From Halalkalibacterium halodurans (GTDB taxonomy: Bacteria > Bacillota > Bacilli > Bacillales > Bacillaceae_D): a stretch of 32,000 nt of DNA. The translations under genes and the position numbers were made by a program. The stretch is taken from positions 13,372-45,371 of the forward strand of contig NZ_SNUY01000013.1 in NCBI RefSeq assembly GCF_004376175.1. Direction: 5' to 3'. This document shows positions 1 to 8,217 of the stretch, in pieces. How positions within the stretch are numbered: position 1 is the stretch's first letter; the number at the start of each line of letters is the position of its first letter. Under the pieces are notes generated by a model. The model was not told the origin of the DNA, did not search any database, and was given only the letters and a program-made list of their open reading frames with translations.

Positions 1-42
1 AAGAAGACGTACAGCATTGACCCAATGGAAGGAGGTGCCTTC

Positions 43-186
43 ATGGGATACTACTATGGCTATCCCCCTTTTCCACCCCCATATCGTGGTTATTGTCCTC
101 CCTATGGAGGAGGCGGATTTGCTTTTGCGCTCATCGTTGTTCTCGTCATCCTGCTCATCATTCTTGGATGCGGCTGGTTTAAATAA
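43..186 (+). CDS. YjcZ-family tiny transmembrane (sporulation-associated) protein, 47 aa
   Basis: ATG at 43 follows GGAGGTG (31-37) with a 5-nt spacer. The product MGYYYGYPPFPPPYRGYCPPYGGGGFAFALIVVLVILLIILGCGWFK has a Gly/Tyr/Pro-rich head and one TM helix (GGGFALIVVL.ILLII), which is the YjcZ/tiny-TM Bacillus pattern. A strong terminator follows directly. It is shorter than the ORF-track cutoff and lies in a different frame from track ORF 17..229. Confidence 0.6.
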   Translation: MGYYYGYPPFPPPYRGYCPPYGGGGFAFALIVVLVILLIILGCGWFK

Positions 187-187
187 C

Positions 188-227
188 AAAGAGCGCTCAT
201 TGCTGGGCGCTCTTTGTTTTGTTTTTT
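188..227. terminator. Rho-independent terminator (about 12-bp stem, T-run on + strand)
   Basis: aaagagcgctca-ttgc-tgggcgctcttt is followed by gttttgtttttt. It lies between the convergent YjcZ-like ORF and the Cof hydrolase gene. Confidence 0.8.
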
Positions 228-257
228 AGAAAACGGGAATCGTCATTGGTACGATGA

Positions 258-1058
258 TTATAAAATACGGGGAACCAAGCCGAGCTTTTTTAGTCCGTTA
301 GACACCCCATCACATTCTACACTAGTCGTCTGGTCATCAGCATAGGCAAGCAAGTCAGGATGAGCATTCCCCATCGCGATACCGACACCGACATACTTAA
401 GCATTTCCTTATCATTCATCCCGTCACCAAAGGCCACTGCTTCTTCCTTTTCTATCCCTAAATAAGAAAGGGTTTGTTGGACAGCTATTCCCTTATTTGT
501 CGTATCTCGAATCACGTCGTATGCATGAGCCTTCAGGTCGCCAACGTTGACTGAAGCTAGATGGATACCATTACATGCTTCATAAGCGGCAACATCCTCT
601 CTGCTCACATTGAGTAAAGTCATCCCTAAAACTGGATCTTGCTTTTTCGGATCGTAAACCCGGTTATGCTTCAAATGAAAGATTCGGATAAATTGTTGCA
701 TGCAGCTCGTATCTATTCCTGTGAGCACATTCTCTTCGTTCGTATACATAACCACTTCATGGTTTCTTTCTCGTGAAATCGTCAATAGACGATCTAGCGT
801 TTTCGGTTCAATTGGCTGCATCAAGATGTCCTTCCCATTATAAATCGCATATGCACCATTGTAGCCGATAAAGGAATGAACCTTTAATTGCTCTGCTAAT
901 TCAGAAATCTCGTGCAACGGTCTGCCTGTCGCAAGAAACACCTCCATTCCTTGCTCCTGAACATGGCGAATCGCGACCTTTGTTGACTCCTGCACGGTAT
1001 CATCTGGTAAAAGGATCGTCCCATCGATATCTAAAAACAACACCTTGTATGGTCCCAT
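258..1058 (-). CDS. Cof-type HAD-IIB family hydrolase (sugar-phosphate phosphatase-like)
   Basis: 266-aa ORF. The N-terminal FLDIDGT motif (HAD motif I), GDGMNDKEM (motif IV) and overall Cof/YwpJ-like layout support the call. SD AAAGGAGTGG lies 9 nt before the ATG. Confidence 0.85.
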   Translation of the reverse strand: MGPYKVLFLDIDGTILLPDDTVQESTKVAIRHVQEQGMEVFLATGRPLHEISELAEQLKVHSFIGYNGAYAIYNGKDILMQPIEPKTLDRLLTISRERNHEVVMYTNEENVLTGIDTSCMQQFIRIFHLKHNRVYDPKKQDPVLGMTLLNVSREDVAAYEACNGIHLASVNVGDLKAHAYDVIRDTTNKGIAVQQTLSYLGIEKEEAVAFGDGMNDKEMLKYVGVGIAMGNAHPDLLAYADDQTTSVECDGVSNGLKKLGLVPRIL

Positions 1059-1330
1059 TTGAAAATTCCACTCCTTTTAACTCAAAGCCTTCTCTCCTCT
1101 TTATTACTTTAACACACCTTTTGACAGTTGACGCTCCTTCCCCTGTTAAATCATGATGAAGACTTTGTTTCGTTCCATTTCAACAGTCCCGCACTTGCCT
1201 ATCGTTCATGTCGGTGGTACGATTTCCATAGATTGCATGTTTATAAGTGTCCAAAGCCCACTAGTTTATTAGGATTTCGGATCAAGTTTTATAACGAAAT
1301 ATACTAAAATTAAAAGGAGGTGTATCAATC

Positions 1331-1714
1331 GTGTTAAAGTGGCTCCCTTTAGTTGCTAGAATGGTGTTAGGTAGTATTTTTCTCCTTGCAGGGTTCAACG
1401 GGCTTTTTGTTATCTTCGGTCTAGAACCGTTTATAGATACGAGCGAGGAAGCGATGGCCTTGTTTCAATTTGCTTATTTACTTGTGACCGTTAAAGCCTT
1501 GGAGGTCATTTGTGGTATTTTTCTGCTCATGAACCGATTCGTTCCTCTTTCACTCGCCGCCCTGTCTCCTATCACGGTAAACATTTTCTTACTTCATGTG
1601 TTTCTCGATCACTCATTGCTCCCGTTAGCTTTTCTTCTCATCCTTTGTCAAGGCTACCTTCTCTACATTTACAGACGAAATTTTTTCACATTGTTGGAAA
1701 AGAAACCGCTTTAA
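1331..1714 (+). CDS. DoxX-like small integral membrane protein
   Basis: 127-aa ORF with a GTG start behind AAAAGGAGGTG and four predicted TM helices. Sequence character is DoxX-like (VLGSIFLLAGFNG). The family call rests on pattern recognition only. Confidence 0.6.
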   Translation: MLKWLPLVARMVLGSIFLLAGFNGLFVIFGLEPFIDTSEEAMALFQFAYLLVTVKALEVICGIFLLMNRFVPLSLAALSPITVNIFLLHVFLDHSLLPLAFLLILCQGYLLYIYRRNFFTLLEKKPL

Positions 1715-1717
1715 GCT

Positions 1718-2974
1718 TTAAACCGCCTCTGCCTGCTTGACATCGTTTCGTTGTTTATTCGGTTCAGGGAGAAATAAATTGCAGATAGCGGCTACAATCA
1801 AAATGACGATAGACATATACAGGGGTACCGTATAGCTGCCTGTCTGTTCATAAAGCAAGCCTGGCACATAAGCCCCTAATGCCGAACCAACTTGATGGCT
1901 AAGAAACAACCATCCGATCATTAGTCCGATGGAGTATCGTTTAAAATACTGTGTCGCAAGAAGCTGTGTCGGAGCAACCGTCGCAAAGTCAACGAGACCG
2001 AACAAGATAGCAAAACCTAACAATAGTAACGGGTCATGGCTATGCACTAAGATCACGAGCGATAAAGCACGTGCTACATAAAGGAGAAACAAAAATTTAC
2101 GACTACTCCAACGATCAGCAATGACACCCGAAAGCAAGATTCCCACTATATTAAAACCAGCTAGTAAGCTAACCGCCGCACTCGTGACACTTGTTGAAAA
2201 TCCGTGATCGTGTGACAACGGAATGAGATGGGTATCCATTAACCCTGTCGTCGTAAAGCCGCAAATGGCAAAAGGTAACACGAGAAACCAAAAGGGCCTC
2301 ATACGAAAAACCGACCAATTGGAAAAAGTGGCACTGTTAGGGGAGGTGTTTGTTTCCTCCTCTTCTCGCACGCCTCCAATCGGTTCTACTTGTTTTTCTG
2401 ATGGATGATTGCGCAACAACAGTAGAACGATCGGAAAAACGATGACCGCCAAAAAGAAGCCAAGTATAACAACGGTAGCCTTCCAATCAAGCCATTGGAT
2501 CAACATGAGCGACCCAGGCACAAGAATCATTTGGCCGGCACCAAAGCCGGCTTCAATAATCCCGAAAGCAAGGCCTCGCTTTTTATTAAACCAGTTCGTA
2601 ATCACAACAGTCGCGGCCACATTAGACGCCCCACCGACTCCAATAGAGACGACAACACCGTACAGAATAAATAGATGCCACGGCTGTGTTGCCATTGTCG
2701 TCAAAACGAAGCTAACACCAACGAGAAGTGTGCTACAGGACAGGATGAACCGGGCCCCTAACCGATCCACAAGCTTACCGATCAATGGCTGAGAGATCCC
2801 ATAAACAATAAAGCTAAGTGTGGAAATAAGCGAAATGCTTCCACGATCCATCGAAAATTCAGTTTCCCAAGGCTGAACAAAAGCACCGAACGATAGGCGA
2901 ACACCTTGGACAGCTAAAAACGTTAAAAAAGTTACCGCGACAATGATCCATCCATAATGTATTTTTCGTTTCAT
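1718..2974 (-). CDS. MFS transporter (oxalate/formate antiporter-like, YbfB/YhjX type)
   Basis: 418-aa ORF with about 12 TM segments. The MFS loop motif G.L.DR.G.R ([11 protein letters not shown]) lies after TM2. SD AAAGGAG precedes the ATG. Confidence 0.85.
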   Translation of the reverse strand: MKRKIHYGWIIVAVTFLTFLAVQGVRLSFGAFVQPWETEFSMDRGSISLISTLSFIVYGISQPLIGKLVDRLGARFILSCSTLLVGVSFVLTTMATQPWHLFILYGVVVSIGVGGASNVAATVVITNWFNKKRGLAFGIIEAGFGAGQMILVPGSLMLIQWLDWKATVVILGFFLAVIVFPIVLLLLRNHPSEKQVEPIGGVREEEETNTSPNSATFSNWSVFRMRPFWFLVLPFAICGFTTTGLMDTHLIPLSHDHGFSTSVTSAAVSLLAGFNIVGILLSGVIADRWSSRKFLFLLYVARALSLVILVHSHDPLLLLGFAILFGLVDFATVAPTQLLATQYFKRYSIGLMIGWLFLSHQVGSALGAYVPGLLYEQTGSYTVPLYMSIVILIVAAICNLFLPEPNKQRNDVKQAEAV

Positions 2975-3028
2975 TGCATCTCCTTTTTCGATAACAATAT
3001 ATTTTGTGAAAATAACCCTTATCCTTTG

Positions 3029-3043
3029 ATCTGATCATCAGAT
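3029..3043. promoter_or_regulatory. Candidate operator: perfect 7+1+7 palindrome ATCTGATcATCAGAT
   Basis: Read directly from the sequence. It lies in the divergent MFS/MocR intergenic region, about 55-70 nt upstream of the MFS ATG. Confidence 0.25.
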
Positions 3044-3268
3044 GATTACAAATGCACGATTTACCTTTTAAAAAATTCTCTGAACGTTTACTCGTAACCA
3101 ATTAATAAATTTTCCTCCTCCTTTTACTATGAAACTGCAACCATCCTCTCTCTTTTCTACTTCTCATATGAGCTTTGGCCTCTTTCAGTTTATTCCAAAT
3201 TATGTACACATTTATATTTACAGTTTATAATTATTTTATATATACAGATTTTCCTAGGGGGAACATCC

Positions 3269-4657
3269 ATGACGTTAACCTACTTCTTAGATAAAGAAAC
3301 GGATACGCCGATATATAAGCAGCTTTACGAATCGCTACGGAAGGATATATTGTCAGGAAAGCTAAAAACAGGCGCAAAGCTACCGTCGATTCGCCATTTC
3401 GCACAAACGTTAAATGTTAGTGTCATCACAGTACAAAATGCTTACCACCAGCTAGAGGCAGAAGGATACATTACGAGTCGAGATCGCAGCGGATATTACG
3501 TGGAAAATCTAGCAGGACTCACACTTTTAGAACGTCAAGATGCAAAGATCATCCACGCTCCGCATCATGATCAAGCATCGGAAGATCAGATCATCGATTT
3601 TAGCCCGTCCAACATTGATAACGCCCAGTTTCCCTTGTCCATTTGGCGTAAGTGTGTCAATGAGACCCTATTAAACCACGAAACACGCTTTAATCATCAC
3701 GGAGCCAAATTAGGAGAATTGCCGTTAAGAGCTGCAGTGGCTGATTATGTGACAAAGTCTCGGATTTTGGATTGTACAGAGGAACAAGTTGTCATTTTTG
3801 AAGGCATCGAACATAGCATGAATATTCTGTCCCTTTTGTTCAAACAAATGGGAAAAACAGCCATTATGGAACAGCCGAGCTACAAAGTAATTGAAGATAT
3901 TTTTTCCTTGCATCAATTACCGATTCAGCGGGTTCCATCACCTAAAGGGGTTTTATCATTAGAAGACCTGCAAGAACAAAAAAATGGTGTTCTCTATTTG
4001 ACACCGTCTCACCAATACCCTTACGGAAGCTTTCTGTCGATTCAAGAGCGGATCAAAATTATTAATTGGGCGCAAAACTCAGAGAGCTATGTCATTGAGG
4101 ACGATTACGATGGTGAATTCCGTTATGACATCGACCCTGTTCCGTCGTTACAAGGACTATCGAAAAACCATGTCATTTATATCGGAACATTTTCTAAGAC
4201 GCTCTCTCCTGCAATACGAGTAAGCTATGCGATTTTGCCTCCAGAGTTGATGAAGCGCTATCAAGAGGTATGTTCCATGTTCCCTTCGCCTGTCAGTGTC
4301 CATCTTCAGTTGGCATTGGCGAAATTTATGGAGGATGGTCACTATGAGCGGCATATTCGCCGGATGCGTAAGTATTATAAGGAAAAACAGGACTTTCTTA
4401 TCGCAACCATTCAAGAAGTGATGGGTGATCATGCAGCCCTTCATGGGACAACAGCTGGACTCCATCTCGTATTGGAACTAAAAAATAACTCTCGGCCGTA
4501 CAAACAGTTGTTAGCAGCAGCAAGGGCTCACGGGGTGAACATTTACCCTGTTAAGGATGTAACGCCTAATCCTTACTTCATTTTAGGATTTAGCGGCCTG
4601 CCAAGAGAAAAAATTACGGAGGGAATCCGGCGTTTGCATAAGGCTTGGATAGAATGA
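3269..4657 (+). CDS. MocR/GabR-type PLP-dependent transcriptional regulator (GntR HTH plus aminotransferase-fold domain)
   Basis: 462-aa ORF. The N-terminal GntR winged helix (PIYKQLYESLRKDILSGKL..G.KLPS.R.FA..L.VS..TV..AY..L..EGY) is followed by a class I/II aminotransferase-like domain with a SFSKTL lysine motif. It is divergent from the transporter gene. Confidence 0.9.
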   Translation: MTLTYFLDKETDTPIYKQLYESLRKDILSGKLKTGAKLPSIRHFAQTLNVSVITVQNAYHQLEAEGYITSRDRSGYYVENLAGLTLLERQDAKIIHAPHHDQASEDQIIDFSPSNIDNAQFPLSIWRKCVNETLLNHETRFNHHGAKLGELPLRAAVADYVTKSRILDCTEEQVVIFEGIEHSMNILSLLFKQMGKTAIMEQPSYKVIEDIFSLHQLPIQRVPSPKGVLSLEDLQEQKNGVLYLTPSHQYPYGSFLSIQERIKIINWAQNSESYVIEDDYDGEFRYDIDPVPSLQGLSKNHVIYIGTFSKTLSPAIRVSYAILPPELMKRYQEVCSMFPSPVSVHLQLALAKFMEDGHYERHIRRMRKYYKEKQDFLIATIQEVMGDHAALHGTTAGLHLVLELKNNSRPYKQLLAAARAHGVNIYPVKDVTPNPYFILGFSGLPREKITEGIRRLHKAWIE

Positions 4658-4661
4658 TTTC

Positions 4662-4679
4662 TACAAGTGCTGCTGATCA
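4662..4679 (+). repeat. Copy 1 of exact 18-nt repeat TACAAGTGCTGCTGATCA
   Basis: Identical 18-mer to the reverse complement of 30734..30751. It starts 5 nt after the MocR stop codon. Confidence 0.9.
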
Positions 4680-4750
4680 AAGTAAGGAACGAGCGTAATC
4701 GTCACTTACCGTTCGCCAAAGAGGGTCTGAAACTCCCAACCACAATAAAA

Positions 4751-4788
4751 TCCCTTACCGTTTTTTGACCACTGTAAGGGATCTTTTA
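4751..4788 (+). terminator. Possible terminator hairpin downstream of the MocR-type gene
   Basis: TCCCTTAC..(15-nt loop)..GTAAGGGA is followed by tctttta. The large loop makes this only moderately convincing. Confidence 0.4.
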
Positions 4789-4810
4789 GAATTAGCAGAT
4801 AATCAGTAAG

Positions 4811-4847
4811 AAAACAGATTCGCTTTCGATCGGCGAATCTGTTTTTA
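4811..4847. terminator. Strong bidirectional rho-independent terminator
   Basis: aaaacagattcgc-tttcgatcg-gcgaatctgtttt is a 13-bp perfect stem with A/T runs on both sides. Confidence 0.75.
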
Positions 4848-4958
4848 TCATGCTTAACGAGGAGAATCTTCGGTAATGGCGCGAAAAAACTTTCGTCTGG
4901 CTAGGCTAAAAAACTCCCTCCATCGTCTTAATTCAAGTCCGAGCGGATCGTTTGTATA

Positions 4959-4994
4959 GAAAAACAGCTGCCCCGATGTACATAGGGACAGCTG
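4959..4994 (-). terminator. Rho-independent terminator of htpX
   Basis: The minus strand reads cagctgtccc-tatgtacatcg-gggcagctg followed by ttttt, just downstream of the htpX stop at 5006. Confidence 0.75.
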
Positions 4995-5005
4995 CTCGTT
5001 TCCTA

Positions 5006-5920
5006 TTATCGTTGTTCTAATCGAGCAATACGATCATCTAAATCAGGATGGGTGGAAAACAGCTTCATGACGCCACCTCTACCACTAATTTTCATCGTTT
5101 GCACCGCTGAGTCATCCGTGCCATCGTTCAGCTTCGTTCGGTCCAAATAAGCTTTTAATGAACGGAGCGCATGAGCCATTTTATCACGTCCAGCTAAATC
5201 AGCTCCACCTCGGTCAGCATGATACTCTCGGTAACGAGAGAATGCACTTACGACAATACTTCCGAGAATAGAGAACAAAATTTGGAACACGATGATCGCC
5301 GCAAACTGTACGATCCATTGCAACTCGGAACGAACAAAGCGCGACACAATGATGGCAGCAACTCTTGAGAGGAAGACGACAAACGTGTTGACAACTCCTT
5401 GGAGCAATGTCATGGTTACCATATCTCCATTGGAAATATGGGCAACCTCGTGGGCAATAACCCCTTCGACCGCGTCATCATCCATTGCATCCAACAATCC
5501 AGATGAAACCGCCACAAGCGAACGTTTTTTCGAAGGGCCTGTCGCAAATGCATTCACTTCGGCTGATTGATAGATCCCTACCTCTGGCATGTGCATAAGT
5601 CCAGCTGCACGAGACAAGCGATGAACCTTTTCAACGACAAAACGTTCCCGCTCGGTTAACGGGCCATTTGGATCTAGCACTTTGACGTTCATCATTTTCT
5701 TTGCCATCCAACGTGACATCGCAAGGGAGATGAAGGCCCCTGTGAAACCAACGATTAAACTAAAGACCATGAGCGACGCATAGTCAATCCCTAAGCCAGG
5801 GCCACCAGTTTCAAACGAGCCTCCAAAGTTCGTAAACCTCGAGATGATCGACCAGACAATGACGATCGTTGTCATGACTAGAACGTTCGTTAAAAGAAAA
5901 AATAAAATACGCTTCCCCAT
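5006..5920 (-). CDS. htpX: Zinc metalloprotease HtpX (peptidase M48)
   Basis: 304-aa ORF with N-terminal TM helices, the [10 protein letters not shown] HExxH zinc motif and the C-terminal FSTHP...RI..L signature typical of HtpX. SD GGAGGT lies 6 nt upstream. Confidence 0.9.
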   Translation of the reverse strand: MGKRILFFLLTNVLVMTTIVIVWSIISRFTNFGGSFETGGPGLGIDYASLMVFSLIVGFTGAFISLAMSRWMAKKMMNVKVLDPNGPLTERERFVVEKVHRLSRAAGLMHMPEVGIYQSAEVNAFATGPSKKRSLVAVSSGLLDAMDDDAVEGVIAHEVAHISNGDMVTMTLLQGVVNTFVVFLSRVAAIIVSRFVRSELQWIVQFAAIIVFQILFSILGSIVVSAFSRYREYHADRGGADLAGRDKMAHALRSLKAYLDRTKLNDGTDDSAVQTMKISGRGGVMKLFSTHPDLDDRIARLEQR

Positions 5921-6196
5921 TCGTAAACCTCCATTTTCATGTTGTCCTAGTATATTTTAACACGATTCAATGAATATACCAGATATTATTTTAGATTATG
6001 GGCAGGAACGGTGACGCTAACGATTAACGATACTATATACATAAAAGGATTATTCGTCTACTGCTTCAAGCGATTTGTTATAAATTCTCCTTTTTTTTGA
6101 GCGCTATTTTTTACGATCCCGTGTCTAAAGCATAAAACTGTTATGATAAACTGAACATGTTCGTAAGTATCTTATCACAGGACGGGAGTGTAAAAG

Positions 6197-7186
6197 ATGA
6201 AGATTGCAACCGTTGGTACTGGCCCGATTGTTGAAGCGTTCCTATCGGCATTGGATGAGATCGATGGCCCGATGTGTGTCGCCATGTATTCGCGTAAAGA
6301 AACGACAGCGAAACCATTAGCAGATCAATATAACATCCCCACCATTTATACCGATTTTGACCACATGCTTGCCGACCCTAATGTGGAGGTTGTCTATGTA
6401 GCTTCCCCTAACAGCTTACATTATCAGCATGCCCTCCAAGCATTAGAGCATCGGAAGCATGTGATTTGTGAGAAGCCGTTTACATCAACTGCACGGGAAT
6501 TAGAGCATTTGATATCCGTTGCAAGGAAAAACGAGTTAATGTTGTTTAAAGCGATCACAACGATTCATTTACCAAACTACCAATTAATCAAAGAAAACAT
6601 TCATAAGCTTGGCTCAATTAAAATGATTCAATGCAACTATAGCCAATACTCAAGCAGGTACGACCGTTTTCTAAGCGGAGAAACACCGAATGTGTTCAAC
6701 CCAGCCTTTTCCGGTGGCGCTCTCATGGACATTAACGTATACAATATTCATTTCGTTATGAACTTGTTCGGCCCTCCTGAGGCGGCTCACTATATTGCAA
6801 ATCAGCATGCCAATGGCATCGATACGTCAGGCGTGCTCGTTTTAAAGTATCCACATTTTATTAGTGAGTGCGTCGGGTGTAAGGACACGCAGAGTATGAA
6901 TTTTGTCCTCATCCAAGGAGAAAAAGGATATATCCATGTCGAAAACGGGGCGAACGGTTGCCGCAACGTCAAAATCTACCTTGACGATCAAACCTCCGAA
7001 TTAAACGCTCAAACAAACGACAATCTTTTATACTATGAAACGCGTACATTTTACGAGATGTATCAAGCAAAAAATTTCGAAAAGTGCTATGAACTACTGA
7101 CATACAGCCATTCTGTCATGCGTGTGATGGAACACGCTAGGAGAGAAGCAGGGATTGAATTTCCAGCAGATTCTCGAAAACGATAA
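6197..7186 (+). CDS. Gfo/Idh/MocA family NAD(P)-dependent oxidoreductase
   Basis: 329-aa ORF. It has an N-terminal Rossmann segment (MKIATVGTGPI) and the EKP motif (ICEKPF) characteristic of the family. Confidence 0.85.
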   Translation: MKIATVGTGPIVEAFLSALDEIDGPMCVAMYSRKETTAKPLADQYNIPTIYTDFDHMLADPNVEVVYVASPNSLHYQHALQALEHRKHVICEKPFTSTARELEHLISVARKNELMLFKAITTIHLPNYQLIKENIHKLGSIKMIQCNYSQYSSRYDRFLSGETPNVFNPAFSGGALMDINVYNIHFVMNLFGPPEAAHYIANQHANGIDTSGVLVLKYPHFISECVGCKDTQSMNFVLIQGEKGYIHVENGANGCRNVKIYLDDQTSELNAQTNDNLLYYETRTFYEMYQAKNFEKCYELLTYSHSVMRVMEHARREAGIEFPADSRKR

Positions 7187-7192
7187 CCGTTT

Positions 7193-7221
7193 AAGCTTGG
7201 AAGGGTCCCCCTTCTAAGCTT
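7193..7221. terminator. 13-bp hairpin between convergent genes (no clear U-tract)
   Basis: AAGCTTGGAAGGG-tcc-CCCTTCTAAGCTT includes one G.U pair and overlaps the stop of the 7220 ORF. Confidence 0.45.
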
Positions 7222-7522
7222 ATTCGGAATAAAACCACGTAATCTCTGGGGGGATATCCCCTTCTGGCAACAAGTAAACAACTATAAAAAAGACACAAAT
7301 CAACAATCCAAAACAAATCAGCCAGAGCGAAAGAATTGGTTTTTCTGTTTTAATCAATCCATACACTCCGCACGATAGGCTACCAATGCCAAGAAATAGC
7401 TCAAAAAAAGCGATGGGATAAACGGAATAGTGATCGATGATAAAAATTCGTGCAAAGTTACCAACTGTAAGTAACAGTACAAATAGAAGCTGAAAAACAA
7501 TCCCTAGTCGTAAAACCTTCAA
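7220..7522 (-). CDS. Hypothetical small membrane protein (3 TM)
   Basis: The track ORF is 102 aa. I prefer the second TTG at 7522 because AAAGGAGGA is then 7 nt upstream. The product is strongly hydrophobic, and I do not recognise the family. Confidence 0.6.
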   Translation of the reverse strand: MKVLRLGIVFQLLFVLLLTVGNFARIFIIDHYSVYPIAFFELFLGIGSLSCGVYGLIKTEKPILSLWLICFGLLICVFFIVVYLLPEGDIPPEITWFYSE

Positions 7523-7554
7523 CGCCAATCCTCCTTTGAGTATGTATCCTTAAT

Positions 7555-8079
7555 CTACCATTCTCCGTAAAACATTCGTCTTTCCAATAGGGCAACAATT
7601 AAGGTGGTGATCACATTGACGACCACGATGGTAACAAGAAGAGCGCGTGGCCACTTCGCGTGTTTTTTTGAAAAATGATAAACGATCGGCACTTCAACCA
7701 ACAATGTCAACATTAAGTATCCTAGCAAAACGATGTAATACGGGCCTGATTCAAAGGCACCGTTCCACGCTTCGCCCCACCCGTCGTAAAAGATTTGTAG
7801 CTGTAGCGCTCGCGATATGTATGGCAGCAAAAAAGAGGCTAGATTCGCACCTATGATCAATAAGACCATTTTTAGCTTAAGCCCAAGTCCCTTGTTGAGA
7901 GTGGCAAACAAGAGAATGCCTGCGATTTCAATACTAAGCGTTAAACTAACCGCAACAGGTAGCCATTCTTTCGGGCTGGACGTCAGCCATTGCCAAGACG
8001 AATTGGCAAAAACCGTTGTTGGCAAACACATCATAAACAATACAGAGAAGAATGTAACCTTTAAAAAAATCTTGTTCAC
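7555..8079 (-). CDS. Hypothetical membrane protein with N-terminal signal/anchor
   Basis: The track ORF runs 7555..8118. The GTG at 8079 has GGTGGAGGA 7 nt upstream and gives VNKIFLKVTFFSVLFMMCLPTTVFA, which looks like a signal peptide. Four or five TM helices follow. I do not recognise the family. Confidence 0.6.
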   Translation of the reverse strand: MNKIFLKVTFFSVLFMMCLPTTVFANSSWQWLTSSPKEWLPVAVSLTLSIEIAGILLFATLNKGLGLKLKMVLLIIGANLASFLLPYISRALQLQIFYDGWGEAWNGAFESGPYYIVLLGYLMLTLLVEVPIVYHFSKKHAKWPRALLVTIVVVNVITTLIVALLERRMFYGEW

Positions 8080-8174
8080 ACGATTTCCTCCACCTTGGTT
8101 TTCTATATTATTCCACACCTACTAACTTTATCATGAACTAATCTTATCACAAACCTGTTTTTAGGGCTTGTCAT

Positions 8175-8204
8175 AAAAAAAGCTCCTACCATACGAGGCA
8201 GGAG
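8175..8204 (-). terminator. Rho-independent terminator of the symporter operon
   Basis: The minus strand reads ctcctgcc-tcgtat-ggtaggag followed by cttttttt, immediately downstream of the stop at 8218. Confidence 0.75.
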
Positions 8205-8217
8205 TCTTCTACTGTTT

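Noticed and set aside
17-229. Track ORF of 70 aa at the window start
   Set aside because: It has no SD, a low-complexity translation, and runs through the terminator hairpin. The 43..186 frame, with a strong SD and YjcZ-like product, explains the region better.
1123-1150. TTGACA...TTAAAT promoter-like element about 200 nt upstream of the DoxX-like gene
   Set aside because: The spacer would be 19 nt and the -10 is weak. That is not enough to call a promoter.
3211-3247. 13-nt direct repeat as a dedicated regulator site
   Set aside because: It is kept only as a low-confidence idea. The repeat units also supply a plausible TTTACA-N16-TATATA sigma-A promoter for the MocR gene, so the repetition may be AT-rich promoter sequence.
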